From Acidobacteriota bacterium (GTDB lineage Bacteria > Acidobacteriota > Thermoanaerobaculia > Thermoanaerobaculales > Sulfomarinibacteraceae): 64,000 bases of DNA. Position numbers and translations under genes: made by a program. How positions within the stretch are numbered: the stretch's first letter is position 1; every line of letters starts with the position of its first letter. Location: contig JAADFN010000181.1 of assembly GCA_013152895.1 (NCBI GenBank), positions 1,143-65,142 of the forward strand, in the 5' to 3' direction. The notes under the pieces were generated by a model that did no database searches, was not told the DNA's origin, and was given only the letters and a program-made list of their open reading frames with translations. Below, piece by piece: positions 17,412 to 26,885 of this stretch.

Positions 17412-18608
17412 CTACAACCTTACGATGACCTCGCCGCTGCCGATGCCGCCGCCGACGCAACGGGTGGTCACACCGATCTCGCCGTCCCGGCGGTGAAGCT
17501 GGTGCACCATGTCGGCCACCTGGCGGGCGCCGGTGCAGCCGACGGGATGGCCGAGGGCGATGCCGCTTCCCCAGAGATTGACCTTGTGGGGCGGGAGAGC
17601 GGGCAAGAACCGGAACGCGGCGCCAAGAACGGCTGCAAACGCCTCGTTGAGCTCGAACAGGTCGACGTCCGCCAGCGTGAGCCCCGCACGATCGAGCAGC
17701 GGTGGGATCACCTTGAACGCGCCCTCACCCATGTACTCGCGTTCGACACCGACGTCGAAAAACGCCCGGAGCTCCGCGAGAGGCTCGACGCCCAGCTCAT
17801 GCGCGTGCTTCCGGGTTGTCAGGACCACGGCAGCCGCGGCGTCGTTGACGCTGGACGCGTTGAGGGTCGTGATGGTCCCGCCGTCCGGTTTGAAGTAGGG
17901 AGGTGCCGCTGCGAGCTCCTCCCGGGTGATCGGCCGGGGCCCTTCATCCCGGGTCACGACGGTGGTTTTCCCGCCCCTTCCCGGAACCTCGACGGGAATA
18001 ACGTAGCCGTCGAACAAGCCGTTGTCCCACGCGGCCAGTGCGTTGTGATGACTCCGGTAGGCGATCTCGTCCTGCTCCTGGCGTGTCAAGCCGTATCGTT
18101 CAACGATGCGCTCGCTGAGGAGACCCATCAGCTCACCCTTCCCAACGTGCGTGTCGGTCAACGCGCCGAAGAGCCCGTCGACGAGCTTCATGTCGCCGTA
18201 GAGCTGGCGGCGGATTCTGCCGGTGAAGAGATACCGCGCAACGTTGCTCATCGACTCGACGCCTCCCCCGACGCCGAGCGCTATCTCGCCGAGAACCAGG
18301 CGCCGGGCGATGCTGTGGATCGCAGCGCCGCCCGAGGCGCAATTCTCGTGGAATGTCGTGGCGGGCGATGTGTACGGAATCCCGGCCCTCAGGGCGGCGT
18401 TGCGGGCAACGTTGGGCGACCGGGGATCCTGCATCACCCAGCCCATGCACGTGTAGTCGACGATCGCAGGATCGATGCCGCCGGCTTCGAGTGCACCCCG
18501 GATGGCGGCGGTGGCGAGATCCTCGGCCTGGAGGGGAGCCAGCCCCCCTCCGATCGAGCCGATCGGCGTTCTCACGGCGGAGACGATCACAACGTCGGAT
18601 TGAGCCAT
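17412..18608 (-). CDS. Acetyl-CoA C-acetyltransferase (thiolase)
   Basis: The ATG at 18608 follows GGAGGGAGG. N-terminal DVVIVSAVRTPIG, and C-terminal thiolase signatures NEAFAAV and GHPVGCTGAR...CVGGG. Confidence 0.9.
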   Translation of the reverse strand: MAQSDVVIVSAVRTPIGSIGGGLAPLQAEDLATAAIRGALEAGGIDPAIVDYTCMGWVMQDPRSPNVARNAALRAGIPYTSPATTFHENCASGGAAIHSIARRLVLGEIALGVGGGVESMSNVARYLFTGRIRRQLYGDMKLVDGLFGALTDTHVGKGELMGLLSERIVERYGLTRQEQDEIAYRSHHNALAAWDNGLFDGYVIPVEVPGRGGKTTVVTRDEGPRPITREELAAAPPYFKPDGGTITTLNASSVNDAAAAVVLTTRKHAHELGVEPLAELRAFFDVGVEREYMGEGAFKVIPPLLDRAGLTLADVDLFELNEAFAAVLGAAFRFLPALPPHKVNLWGSGIALGHPVGCTGARQVADMVHQLHRRDGEIGVTTRCVGGGIGSGEVIVRL

Positions 18609-18738
18609 CTGTCCTCCCTCCGGATGCCCACGGCCGAGATCGCATCTGCTGGCCCGGCGCGTGCTCCGGATGGTATTGTAGATGAGAGGTTGCCGGCCGT
18701 GGTTGCACGGGGTTCCAGTTTCTGGTGAGATTGTCAAC

Positions 18739-19143
18739 GTGAAACACCTTTCTCAAGAACGCGCGAGCTTTCTCCTGACCGTCGCCGGCCGCATCGTGCC
18801 GGAGATCAGGGAGATGGATCCTGACGGCATCTCACGGTTTTTCGGGATCGTCGACGGGGCGCTGGGCGGCCGGCCCCGGAAGGCGCGGCGCCAGTTCGGC
18901 GCGTTTCTTGGCGTGGTGCGCTGGCTTGGTCTCCCGCGTTGGGGGATGCCGTTCGAACGGCTCGATGACGACCGGCAGGACCGGGTGCTCCGGTGGTTGC
19001 AACGCTGTCCCGTCCGGGTGCTCCGCCAGGGGTTCTGGGCTCTCAGGACGATCGTGTTCATGGCGTACTACGGCCAGCCCGAGGTGTGGCCGTCGCTCGG
19101 CTATGAGCCACGGTGGGACGGGAACGAGGCGCTTCATGCGTGA
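18739..19143 (+). CDS. Gluconate 2-dehydrogenase subunit-3-like small protein (partner of the GMC oxidoreductase)
   Basis: Lies directly upstream of the GMC gene and overlaps it. The C-terminal pattern FMAYYGQPEVWPSLGY resembles that family. The start (GTG 18739) is uncertain. I saw no twin-arginine signal. Confidence 0.5.
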   Translation: MKHLSQERASFLLTVAGRIVPEIREMDPDGISRFFGIVDGALGGRPRKARRQFGAFLGVVRWLGLPRWGMPFERLDDDRQDRVLRWLQRCPVRVLRQGFWALRTIVFMAYYGQPEVWPSLGYEPRWDGNEALHA

Positions 19144-20635
19144 GGTGAAGGCGGACATCGTCATCGTCGGCTCCGGCGCCGGCGGCGGTACCGTCGCGAA
19201 CGAGCTCGCGCCGCTGTGCGCCGACGGCATTCGCATCATCGTTTTCGAGCAGGGGCCGAGGCTCAGGGACGATGAGCTGACCGGGCGCGAGGTCGAGATG
19301 GCGCAGCGTCTCTACTTCGAGTCGGGCGGCATGCTGACCCACGACCGGAGCATGACGCTCGCCTGGGCGCGCGCCTATGGCGGATCGACAACCGTTTACA
19401 CGGGGACCTCGATGGTCGTTCCAGGGCATGTCATCGAGGCGTGGAACGTTCCGGGGCTCAGGTGGGACGACGTGCGCGAGCGCTCGAAGAAATACCTCGA
19501 GGAAAACAACGTCCACCTGCTCGAAGAGCGGTTGATCAACGAGAACAACCGCCTGTTCGTGAAGGGCTGCACTGCGCTGGGCTATCGCGTGCGTCAGTTT
19601 CCCGTCAACGTCGAGGGATGCCGGGGCTTGGGCCTGTGCAACCTCGGATGCCCGAACGGGGCCAAGAGGGGGACGCACCGGGTGCAGCTTCCGGCGGCCG
19701 AGCGCCAGGGCGTCGAAGTTGTGACGAACGCGACCGTTTCGAGCGTCACCAAGCGCCGGTGCCTGGTAACGGTTGCACACCGGGAGATCGGCGAGCCATC
19801 GTCGTGGGAACCGGGCGAGTACCGGGTGACGGCGAGGGTCGTGGTCGTTGCTGGCAACGCCGTGAACAGTCCCGTTCTCCTGTTTCGCTCTGGCTTCGGC
19901 GAGTATCTTCCGGCCCTGGGCCGCGGTATCACGCTTCATCCGGCCTTGATCCTGGCAGCGGAGCACGATCATCCGCTCACGAACTTCTTCGGCTTTCCCA
20001 AGAGCTACTTCACTGACGAGTTCCGGGAAGACGGGCGGTTTTTGCTCGAAACCTGCATGTACTACCCGTTTACCACGGCGAAGAACCTCAACGGCTTCGG
20101 CGCGGAGCACTCGAGCTTCATGAAGGGCTTCCGCTCGATGCAGCAGATTCTCGTTCTCGCGCTCGACGATCCTGCCGATACGAACCGCGTCGAGGTGGGC
20201 CGGCACGGCGAGCCGGTCGTCCGGTACCGGCTGGGCAGGAACGTCCTCGACAGCCTGCACGCCTCGATGAAGACCGCGGCGCGGATCTTCTTCGCAGCCG
20301 GGGCGCGCCGCGTTCATGTTCCCGCCGGGACGACGTTCACGATCGGGACGGCCGATGCCGGGAGGCTGGACGATCTGGTTCCCCGGTCGAACGTGCGGCC
20401 GGGCGGGATGTCGATCTCCAGCGCGCACCTGATGGGTGGGTGCCGGATGGGTGCCGACGAGAAGACCTCGGTCACCGATGCGTGGGGCCAGGTGCACGGT
20501 ATTCCCTGGCTGTTCGTGGCGGATTCCTCGCTCTTTCCCCGGTGCTCGGAGGTCAACCCGTACGTCACGGTCATGGCCCTGGCCGATCGGGTGGCCCAGC
20601 GGGTTCGCGAACGTTTCAAGGAGCTGGCCTCATGA
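19136..20635 (+). CDS. GMC family FAD oxidoreductase
   Basis: ADIVIVGSGAGGG dinucleotide fold, and C-terminal GMC signature HLMGGCRMG...VTDAWGQVHGIPWLFVADSSLFP. Confidence 0.85.
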   Translation: MREVKADIVIVGSGAGGGTVANELAPLCADGIRIIVFEQGPRLRDDELTGREVEMAQRLYFESGGMLTHDRSMTLAWARAYGGSTTVYTGTSMVVPGHVIEAWNVPGLRWDDVRERSKKYLEENNVHLLEERLINENNRLFVKGCTALGYRVRQFPVNVEGCRGLGLCNLGCPNGAKRGTHRVQLPAAERQGVEVVTNATVSSVTKRRCLVTVAHREIGEPSSWEPGEYRVTARVVVVAGNAVNSPVLLFRSGFGEYLPALGRGITLHPALILAAEHDHPLTNFFGFPKSYFTDEFREDGRFLLETCMYYPFTTAKNLNGFGAEHSSFMKGFRSMQQILVLALDDPADTNRVEVGRHGEPVVRYRLGRNVLDSLHASMKTAARIFFAAGARRVHVPAGTTFTIGTADAGRLDDLVPRSNVRPGGMSISSAHLMGGCRMGADEKTSVTDAWGQVHGIPWLFVADSSLFPRCSEVNPYVTVMALADRVAQRVRERFKELAS

Positions 20636-22347
20636 GAACACGCGGCGCACGGTTGATCGTCAGGGCGCTCGAGGCCGAGGGAGTGCGGTACACCTTCGGC
20701 ATTCCAGGGACGCACAACATTGAGCTTTATGACGAGCTCGAGCGCAGCGCGACGATCCAGCCGATCCTCGTGACGAGCGAGCAAGCCGCCTCCTTCATCG
20801 CCGACGGTCTTTCGAGGACATCCGGCCAGGTCGGTGTGCTCAACCTCGTTCCGGGTGCCGGCGTGACCCATGCCCTGTCGGGGATCGCGGAGGCCTTTCT
20901 CGACAACGTTCCGTTGGTGGTCATTGCCTCCGGGATCCGGACGGATACGGGCAGGGCCTACCAGCTTCACGCGATCGACCAGCTGGCCGTGCTTGCCCCG
21001 GTGACCAAGGGCGCGTTCCACGCAGAGACGCCTGACGACATCTACCCGTTGATCCGGCAGGCGTTCCGCCTGGCAACCAGCGGAACGCCAGGCCCGGTTG
21101 CGGTCGAGATTCCCGCCAACTTCCTCCTGCTCAGCCAGGAGATCGAGGGTATTCCGCCGCTTCCGGCCCCGGAGGCGGCGCCGGTTCCCGACCCGGACCT
21201 GCTCGAACGCGCGGCCGATCTGCTCAACGGCGCGCGGCAACCGGCGCTCTACATCGGCGCCGGAGCTACCGGAGCCCGCGAGGAGCTCATCGCGATCGCC
21301 GAGAGGCTTGGCGCGCCGGTGACGACGACGATCCAGGGCAAGGGCGTATTCCCGGAAGACCATCCGCTCTGGCTGTGGAACGGCTTCGGCGCATCGGTGC
21401 CGAAGTTCGTGCAACGGATCATGGATGCGTGCGACGTTCTGCTCGCCGTTGGCTGCCGCTTCGGCGAAGTCGCCACGGCGAGCTACGGACTGACACCGCC
21501 TGAAACGTTGATCCACGTGGACATCGATCCAGGCGTGTTCGGCCGGAACTTTCCCGCAGCCGTTGCCATCCCCAGCGACGCCCACGCCTGTGCCGAGGCG
21601 TTGCTCCCGCTGCTCAGGAAACGAGACGGAGCCGGCGGACTGACGCGGTCCATCGCCGCCGGCCACGCCGGCGTCCGTGAACGGTGGCGGAAGAGCCCAA
21701 GCCCGGACCGGGTGACGCCGTTTGCCTTCTTCGAGGCGTTGCAACGGTATGCCGGGCCGGACGCGATCTACGCGACCGATTCCGGCAACGGCACCTTCCT
21801 CGCCATGGAGCACCTCCGCCTGCGGCGTCCGCGCTGCTTCATCGGGCCGGTCGATTTCTCCTGCATGGGCTACGCGGTTCCCGGCGCGATCGGGGCCAAG
21901 CTCGGGAACCGGGAGCGCGACGTGATCGCCCTGGTGGGGGACGGCGCCCTGCTGATGACCGGCCTCGAGCTGATTAGCGCCACCTCGTACGGGGTCGCTC
22001 CGGTGATCTGCGTGCTGCGCGATCGCAAGCTCGGCCAGATCGCCCAGTTCCAGGAGGTTCCTCTGAACCGTTCCACCTGCACCGTGCTGCCCGACTATTC
22101 CGTCGAGGAGCTCGCCCGCGCCACCGGTTGCCGGTACTTCCGGATCCTTCACGACAACGAGCTCGACGGCGTCATCCCGGCCGCGCTGGAGCTTACCCGC
22201 TCCGGCAACCCCGTCATGGTGGAAGTCGCCATCGATGACTCCCGGAAGACATACTTCACGAAGGGAGTCCTCAAGACGAACTTCCTGCGCCTCCCCTGGC
22301 GCGACCGCATCCGCATGCTGACGAGAGCCGTCGCTCGCCGCCTCTGA
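20632..22347 (+). CDS. Thiamine-diphosphate-dependent enzyme (acetolactate synthase large-subunit-like)
   Basis: ATGA overlap with the GMC gene. N-terminal RALEAEGVRYTFGIPG, and a ThDP motif GDGALLM...N-type region. Confidence 0.85.
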   Translation: MRTRGARLIVRALEAEGVRYTFGIPGTHNIELYDELERSATIQPILVTSEQAASFIADGLSRTSGQVGVLNLVPGAGVTHALSGIAEAFLDNVPLVVIASGIRTDTGRAYQLHAIDQLAVLAPVTKGAFHAETPDDIYPLIRQAFRLATSGTPGPVAVEIPANFLLLSQEIEGIPPLPAPEAAPVPDPDLLERAADLLNGARQPALYIGAGATGAREELIAIAERLGAPVTTTIQGKGVFPEDHPLWLWNGFGASVPKFVQRIMDACDVLLAVGCRFGEVATASYGLTPPETLIHVDIDPGVFGRNFPAAVAIPSDAHACAEALLPLLRKRDGAGGLTRSIAAGHAGVRERWRKSPSPDRVTPFAFFEALQRYAGPDAIYATDSGNGTFLAMEHLRLRRPRCFIGPVDFSCMGYAVPGAIGAKLGNRERDVIALVGDGALLMTGLELISATSYGVAPVICVLRDRKLGQIAQFQEVPLNRSTCTVLPDYSVEELARATGCRYFRILHDNELDGVIPAALELTRSGNPVMVEVAIDDSRKTYFTKGVLKTNFLRLPWRDRIRMLTRAVARRL

Positions 22348-22600
22348 GCGCGCGCCATGGCCCCTACCTTGGGAATGCCCGCAGCCCGCGTATCTCGCCA
22401 CTTCCTGCAGCGACCGCAGAAGCATCTGCCATTGCGGCGTTCCTGGCGGCCGGTGGCGTCGTGCGCCGGGAATCCCCACCGATGGACTACCGTATGGCCC
22501 GCAAGGACACCTCCTTCCGTGGGCCAGCGGCGCCGGCGGACCGAGAAACCTGATTGCGTGAATGCTCCCGCGGAAGGCTTGGATCTGGGATAATCCGCGC

Positions 22601-23386
22601 ATGACGCATCGTGCCCGTATTCTCATCACCAACGACGATGGCTACACGTCCCAGGGGATCCAGGTTCTTGCCGAGCGGCTGAAGAGCCTGGGCGAGATCT
22701 GGGTCGTGGCGCCCAACCGGGAGCAGTCGGCGGTGTCGCACGCGTTGACGCTCCACCGGCCGCTTCGGATCGAGCGCCTGGGGACGCGGCGGTTCGCGGT
22801 CGACGGGACGCCGACCGACTGTGTGACGCTGGCGGTCAGCTCGCTGATGAAGGACGATCCTCCCGATCTCGTGATCTCCGGGATCAACTTCGGCCTCAAC
22901 ATGGGGGTCGACGTCCACTACTCGGGGACGGTGTCGGCCGCGTTCGAGGGGGTGATCCTCGGGGTTCCCGGGATCGCGGTGTCGCAGGAGCTCGGGAAGG
23001 GGTTTTCCTACGATCACGCGGCTGCCTTTGCACGTGAGATTGCGACGTGGGTGCTCGAAAACGGGCTTCCCCCAAGCACGCTTCTCAACGTCAACTGTCC
23101 GCTTGGGAGGCCGAAGGGCGTGCGCCTGACGCGGCTCGGGAGCCGGCGCTACACGGAGGGCGTCATCGCCCAGCGCGATCCACGGGGCCGGCGCATCTAC
23201 TGGATCGGTGGGGGAGAGCCTCTGTGGGATCCGATCCCCGGCACCGACTTCCCAACGCTGCACGGGGGCTACATCTCGGTGACGCCGCTGCACCTCGACA
23301 TGACGGCGGCCTCCTTCCTGTCCGATCTGCGCGTGGATCCGCCGAGCTGGGTGTCGTGGGAGCCCAAACATGCCGCGCGGGTTTGA
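22601..23386 (+). CDS. surE: 5'/3'-nucleotidase SurE
   Basis: ILITNDDGYTSQGIQ, PNREQSAVSHALTLHRPLR and SGINFGLN. Confidence 0.9.
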   Translation: MTHRARILITNDDGYTSQGIQVLAERLKSLGEIWVVAPNREQSAVSHALTLHRPLRIERLGTRRFAVDGTPTDCVTLAVSSLMKDDPPDLVISGINFGLNMGVDVHYSGTVSAAFEGVILGVPGIAVSQELGKGFSYDHAAAFAREIATWVLENGLPPSTLLNVNCPLGRPKGVRLTRLGSRRYTEGVIAQRDPRGRRIYWIGGGEPLWDPIPGTDFPTLHGGYISVTPLHLDMTAASFLSDLRVDPPSWVSWEPKHAARV

Positions 23387-24026
23387 GTACCAGCGCCAAC
23401 GGATGGTGGAAGCGCTCCGGGGCTCCGGGATCTCGGACCAACGGGTGCTCGACGCCATGGCGGCGATTCCGCGGCACCTCTTCGTGCCGGCGCAGTGGCG
23501 GCACCAGGCGTACGCCGAGGATGTCTCGATCAACATCGGGCAGGGACAAACGATTTCCCAGCCGCGGGTCGTGGCGGCGATGACCCAGGCGGCGGCCGTT
23601 GGGCCGCAATCGCGGGTGCTCGAGGTGGGGACCGGCTCGGGGTACCAGGCCGCCGTGCTCGCGGCACTCGCCCAGTTCGTCTTTTCGGTCGAGCGGATTT
23701 CCGCGCTGGCACGCGAGGCCAAGAAACGCATGGACGCGCTCGGGATCTCAAACGTCAGCATCAAGGTGATGGATGGAACGCTGGGCTGGCGGGCCCAGGC
23801 ACCGTACGATGCGATCGTGGTCACGGCCGGTGCTCCGGAGGTCCCGGATCCGCTGGTGGAGCAGCTTGCCGACGGCGGGCGGCTGGTGGTTCCGGTCGGT
23901 CCCCTCGACCGGCAGGTGCTCACGATCGTCGAACGGCGGGGGCGCCGGACGAAACGGCGCGTGCTGCAGAACGCGTGCTTCGTGCCGTTGATCGGGCTGC
24001 ACGGGTGGGAGGAGGAACGCGGGTGA
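23370..24026 (+). CDS. pcm: Protein-L-isoaspartate O-methyltransferase
   Basis: VPRHLFVP, QTISQPRVVA and VLEVGTGSGYQAAVLA. It sits in the conserved surE-pcm arrangement. An alternative start lies at 23403. Confidence 0.9.
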   Translation: MPRGFEYQRQRMVEALRGSGISDQRVLDAMAAIPRHLFVPAQWRHQAYAEDVSINIGQGQTISQPRVVAAMTQAAAVGPQSRVLEVGTGSGYQAAVLAALAQFVFSVERISALAREAKKRMDALGISNVSIKVMDGTLGWRAQAPYDAIVVTAGAPEVPDPLVEQLADGGRLVVPVGPLDRQVLTIVERRGRRTKRRVLQNACFVPLIGLHGWEEERG

Positions 24027-24640
24027 AAGAGAAACTATTCGCCTGGATCAACGCCATCGCGGCTTCGCCTCACCCGGGGTGGTACCTCTTTGCGCTGGCG
24101 TTCGCCGAGGCGTCGTTCTTCCCGATTCCTCCCGACACGCTGCTGATTACGCTTGGCGTTGTCAACCCGGAGCGTGCGCTCTGGTACGCGCTCGTGTGTA
24201 CGGTTGGGAGCGTCACCGGCGCCTCGCTCGGGTACACCATCGGCCTGTACGGCGGCCGGCCGATCCTCTACCGGCTCTTCAACCAGGCAAAGGTCGCCGC
24301 CGTCGAACGGCTCTACGACCGGTACAACGCCTGGGCGACCGGCATCGCCGGGCTGACGCCGATCCCGTACAAGGTGTTCACGATCGGCGGGGGTGCATTC
24401 AAGATCAACTTCCGGGTGTTCATGGCGGCGTCCGTGGTCTCCCGTGGCTTCCGTTTCATTGTCGAGGGCATCCTGTTGTACTTCTTCGGGGCACGGATCA
24501 AGGACTTCCTCTACACCCAGTTCAACTGGCTCTCGATCGGCCTCGTCATCCTCGGGATCGCCGGGTTCTGGTTCGTGCATCACGTTGGCAAGGGGGCCCA
24601 TGCGCGCCAGAAGAAGGAGGAAGAAGGCGATGGAGAATGA
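24023..24640 (+). CDS. YqaA/DedA-related membrane protein
   Basis: GTG at 24023 overlaps the pcm stop. FAEASFFPIPPDTLLI motif and four or more hydrophobic segments. Confidence 0.75.
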   Translation: MKEKLFAWINAIAASPHPGWYLFALAFAEASFFPIPPDTLLITLGVVNPERALWYALVCTVGSVTGASLGYTIGLYGGRPILYRLFNQAKVAAVERLYDRYNAWATGIAGLTPIPYKVFTIGGGAFKINFRVFMAASVVSRGFRFIVEGILLYFFGARIKDFLYTQFNWLSIGLVILGIAGFWFVHHVGKGAHARQKKEEEGDGE

Positions 24641-24923
24641 GGCGATCGAAGGCCGGCGCTATCTCGTCCATGGCAGGGTCCAGGGTGTCGGTTTCCGGGC
24701 CTTCGTCTGGCGTGTTGCGGCAGATCTTGGGCTGCGCGGATGGGTCCGGAACCTCCGGGACGGCAGTGTCGAGGTCGTTGCGTGGGCGCCAGGGGCCTCT
24801 CACGTCCGGCTCGAAGCATTGCTCCGGCAAGGTCCCGGCTTGGCCCGCGTCGATGCGATCGATGTGAGTGTGGCGCCACCGGGTGAGATTCCGCCTGGAT
24901 TCGGGATCGAGCGGGACCGATGA
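24630..24923 (+). CDS. acyP: Acylphosphatase
   Basis: VHGRVQGVGFRAFV and GWVRNLRDGSVEV signatures in a ~97-aa protein. Confidence 0.85.
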   Translation: MENEAIEGRRYLVHGRVQGVGFRAFVWRVAADLGLRGWVRNLRDGSVEVVAWAPGASHVRLEALLRQGPGLARVDAIDVSVAPPGEIPPGFGIERDR

Positions 24924-26047
24924 TTCCAATTCTCGGGTCGCCGGGCGGTGTGCTCCGAAAGGCGGTGGAAAAGACCGCGGAGCGCGCCATCGCCGGAGGC
25001 GCTCCGGCCCCGCCGTGGATCGCCGTCGAGAGCGATCACGAGGAATGGCTCAGGCGTGCGTTTCTCGAGCCGCGGTCCGACCGTCGTCGAGGCGTCGTGG
25101 CGGTTTCGAGCGATCGCGGCGTGACAGCCGCGATCACGGCTGGCATCGGCGGTGCAGTGTGGATTCCACCGGGAACGGAAACGATGACCGAGGCGATGCG
25201 AGCGGCCGCGTCCAGTCCAGCTGCTCCGAGGGTCTATAGCCACGAGGCCGGGATGGCGTTGCTCCAGGCCTTGGACATGCAGCACTGCCTGGCCGTTACG
25301 TTCGAGAAGACCGGGCTGTGGCGGGCTCTCCGTGGCGCGCCGCTCCTGGAGCATCTCCTTGCAGCGCTTGCGGAGAGGATTGGATGCCGTTTCGTCCTGA
25401 TCGAAGGTCCGGCGCTCTTTCTTGATGACTGCCGTGAGAACACGGTCGCGCGGGCATGGGAAGCGATTGGTGCATCCGAACCGTTGACGCCGGAAGATGG
25501 GCTGCGGATTGCCGAGGTCAATTGGGTAGAATGGAGTGTGGGAGATGATGGCCTCTATGATCTGCTGCCGCCGGGAACGTGGCGTACGACCGGGAGGAGT
25601 TCGGGTCAAACGAAACCACGCCCGGTTTTCGAGCTACCCTCCGGACGCCAGGTGGGCCTTTGGCGCCCCGGCGTTTCGAGTTCGAACGATGAGATTCCAT
25701 CATCGGGTTGGATCGCCATTGGGCCGGCCGAAGATGGCAAAGGCCGGGTCCTGTGGCAGCTCGTTGCTGCGGGTGGGGCGGTCGGTACGGTTCCCGAGGT
25801 GACCTCGGCCAGGCAGATCGCCAGAGCCGGGGAGGCGCCCGCCGTGCGAATGCCGGGGTGGGCGACGGCGGACCAGCGTGCCGGAACGCCCGGCGGCCTG
25901 TTGCTCCAACGTCTCCTCCGGGAGGCGAACGCCAACGGCCTTCCGCTCTGGGTTCCGAACGTGACCGGCGCCGTGCTCCGGCGGCTTCTGCGCCTCGGGG
26001 GCCGTGCCTGGGTCGACGGCCCCGCCGTCCCGGACGCCCCCGAGTAG
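24920..26047 (+). CDS. Hypothetical protein (375 aa)
   Basis: ATGA-coupled to acyP. It is the only long ORF here with non-shadow amino-acid composition. No motif recognised. Confidence 0.5.
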   Translation: MIPILGSPGGVLRKAVEKTAERAIAGGAPAPPWIAVESDHEEWLRRAFLEPRSDRRRGVVAVSSDRGVTAAITAGIGGAVWIPPGTETMTEAMRAAASSPAAPRVYSHEAGMALLQALDMQHCLAVTFEKTGLWRALRGAPLLEHLLAALAERIGCRFVLIEGPALFLDDCRENTVARAWEAIGASEPLTPEDGLRIAEVNWVEWSVGDDGLYDLLPPGTWRTTGRSSGQTKPRPVFELPSGRQVGLWRPGVSSSNDEIPSSGWIAIGPAEDGKGRVLWQLVAAGGAVGTVPEVTSARQIARAGEAPAVRMPGWATADQRAGTPGGLLLQRLLREANANGLPLWVPNVTGAVLRRLLRLGGRAWVDGPAVPDAPE

Positions 26048-26333
26048 CCGTCTCGTGACATACGGCTCATGTGCCCGCACACCGGCGCTACCAGCGTGCC
26101 GTACTGACGTTCCGGGACACCGAGGAGGCCCGGGAGGAACGGGAGCACGAGAACAGGACCGCTTCGAGCGATTGCATGCCTCGAAAGGACATGCGTGGAA
26201 CACGGGGAAAGGAAGGCCGCCCGGCGAGGGCCTCGACTCGTTTGACCGGTGGCAGACCGTGTGCACGAACCTTTTCTCCATAGATACGTTGAACGGGGAA
26301 AGGGGAGCTTTCGGCTTCCCGAGGGAGATTGCG

Positions 26334-26870
26334 ATGTCTGGTCTTCGAGGCGCTCGTGTGAGCTTGTTGTTATTTATCATGCTCGGGATCGGCGGATGCA
26401 CGCTGTATTCGGTCCCGGAACAGCCTCAGTACGGAGGCGCCGCCATCTGGCGGAATACGACGGTTCCGCTGGATGATCTGGTGACGTTCTCCTGGAAGCC
26501 GGGGACACGGGCGGGGCTCGAGGCAGGGAGCATGCTCATGGCGCCTGGCGTCGTCGACGCGTTCCGGAAGGGGATCGTCGCCAACCTCGCATCATGCTGG
26601 AAACTGAAAAGCTCGGGCCGGGTCGATTTCTGGCTGAGCTTTGCGCTTGAGCCGAATGCGGCTGCGTCACCGGTGCCGGTGCCGGTGCCCACAAATGCCA
26701 GGCCTCCCTTCCTCGAGGTCTTCATCGGTGTGCCGGGATACGGCCGGCCGGCGTGGGCGTCGGCCATCCCGGTTCCGGACGATTTTGCGTCGAGTGGTGC
26801 CGGAATGGACGCGATCGTTCACGATCTGCTCATGGAATTTCCCAACGGTACGCCGCGGCGGTGTCGCTGA
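26334..26870 (+). CDS. DUF4136-like lipoprotein (paralog of 15087..15623)
   Basis: The ATG at 26334 follows GAGGGAG. Lipobox MLGIGGC. Shared VTFSWKPG and DFWLSF motifs. Confidence 0.55.
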   Translation: MSGLRGARVSLLLFIMLGIGGCTLYSVPEQPQYGGAAIWRNTTVPLDDLVTFSWKPGTRAGLEAGSMLMAPGVVDAFRKGIVANLASCWKLKSSGRVDFWLSFALEPNAAASPVPVPVPTNARPPFLEVFIGVPGYGRPAWASAIPVPDDFASSGAGMDAIVHDLLMEFPNGTPRRCR

Positions 26871-26885
26871 GGAATCACGAGGCTC

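Noticed and set aside
20314-22632. A 772-aa ORF antisense to the ThDP enzyme. Comparable ORFs are 28722..30251 (+), 31890..33569 (-), 36502..38442 (-), 54166..55446 (-) and 58572..60539 (+).
   Set aside because: For the same reason: they are shadows of well-supported genes (ThDP enzyme, K+ channel/TPR, GlcD, rarA/acd, UXS, ribD/ftsY) with low-complexity Arg/Pro/Gly composition.
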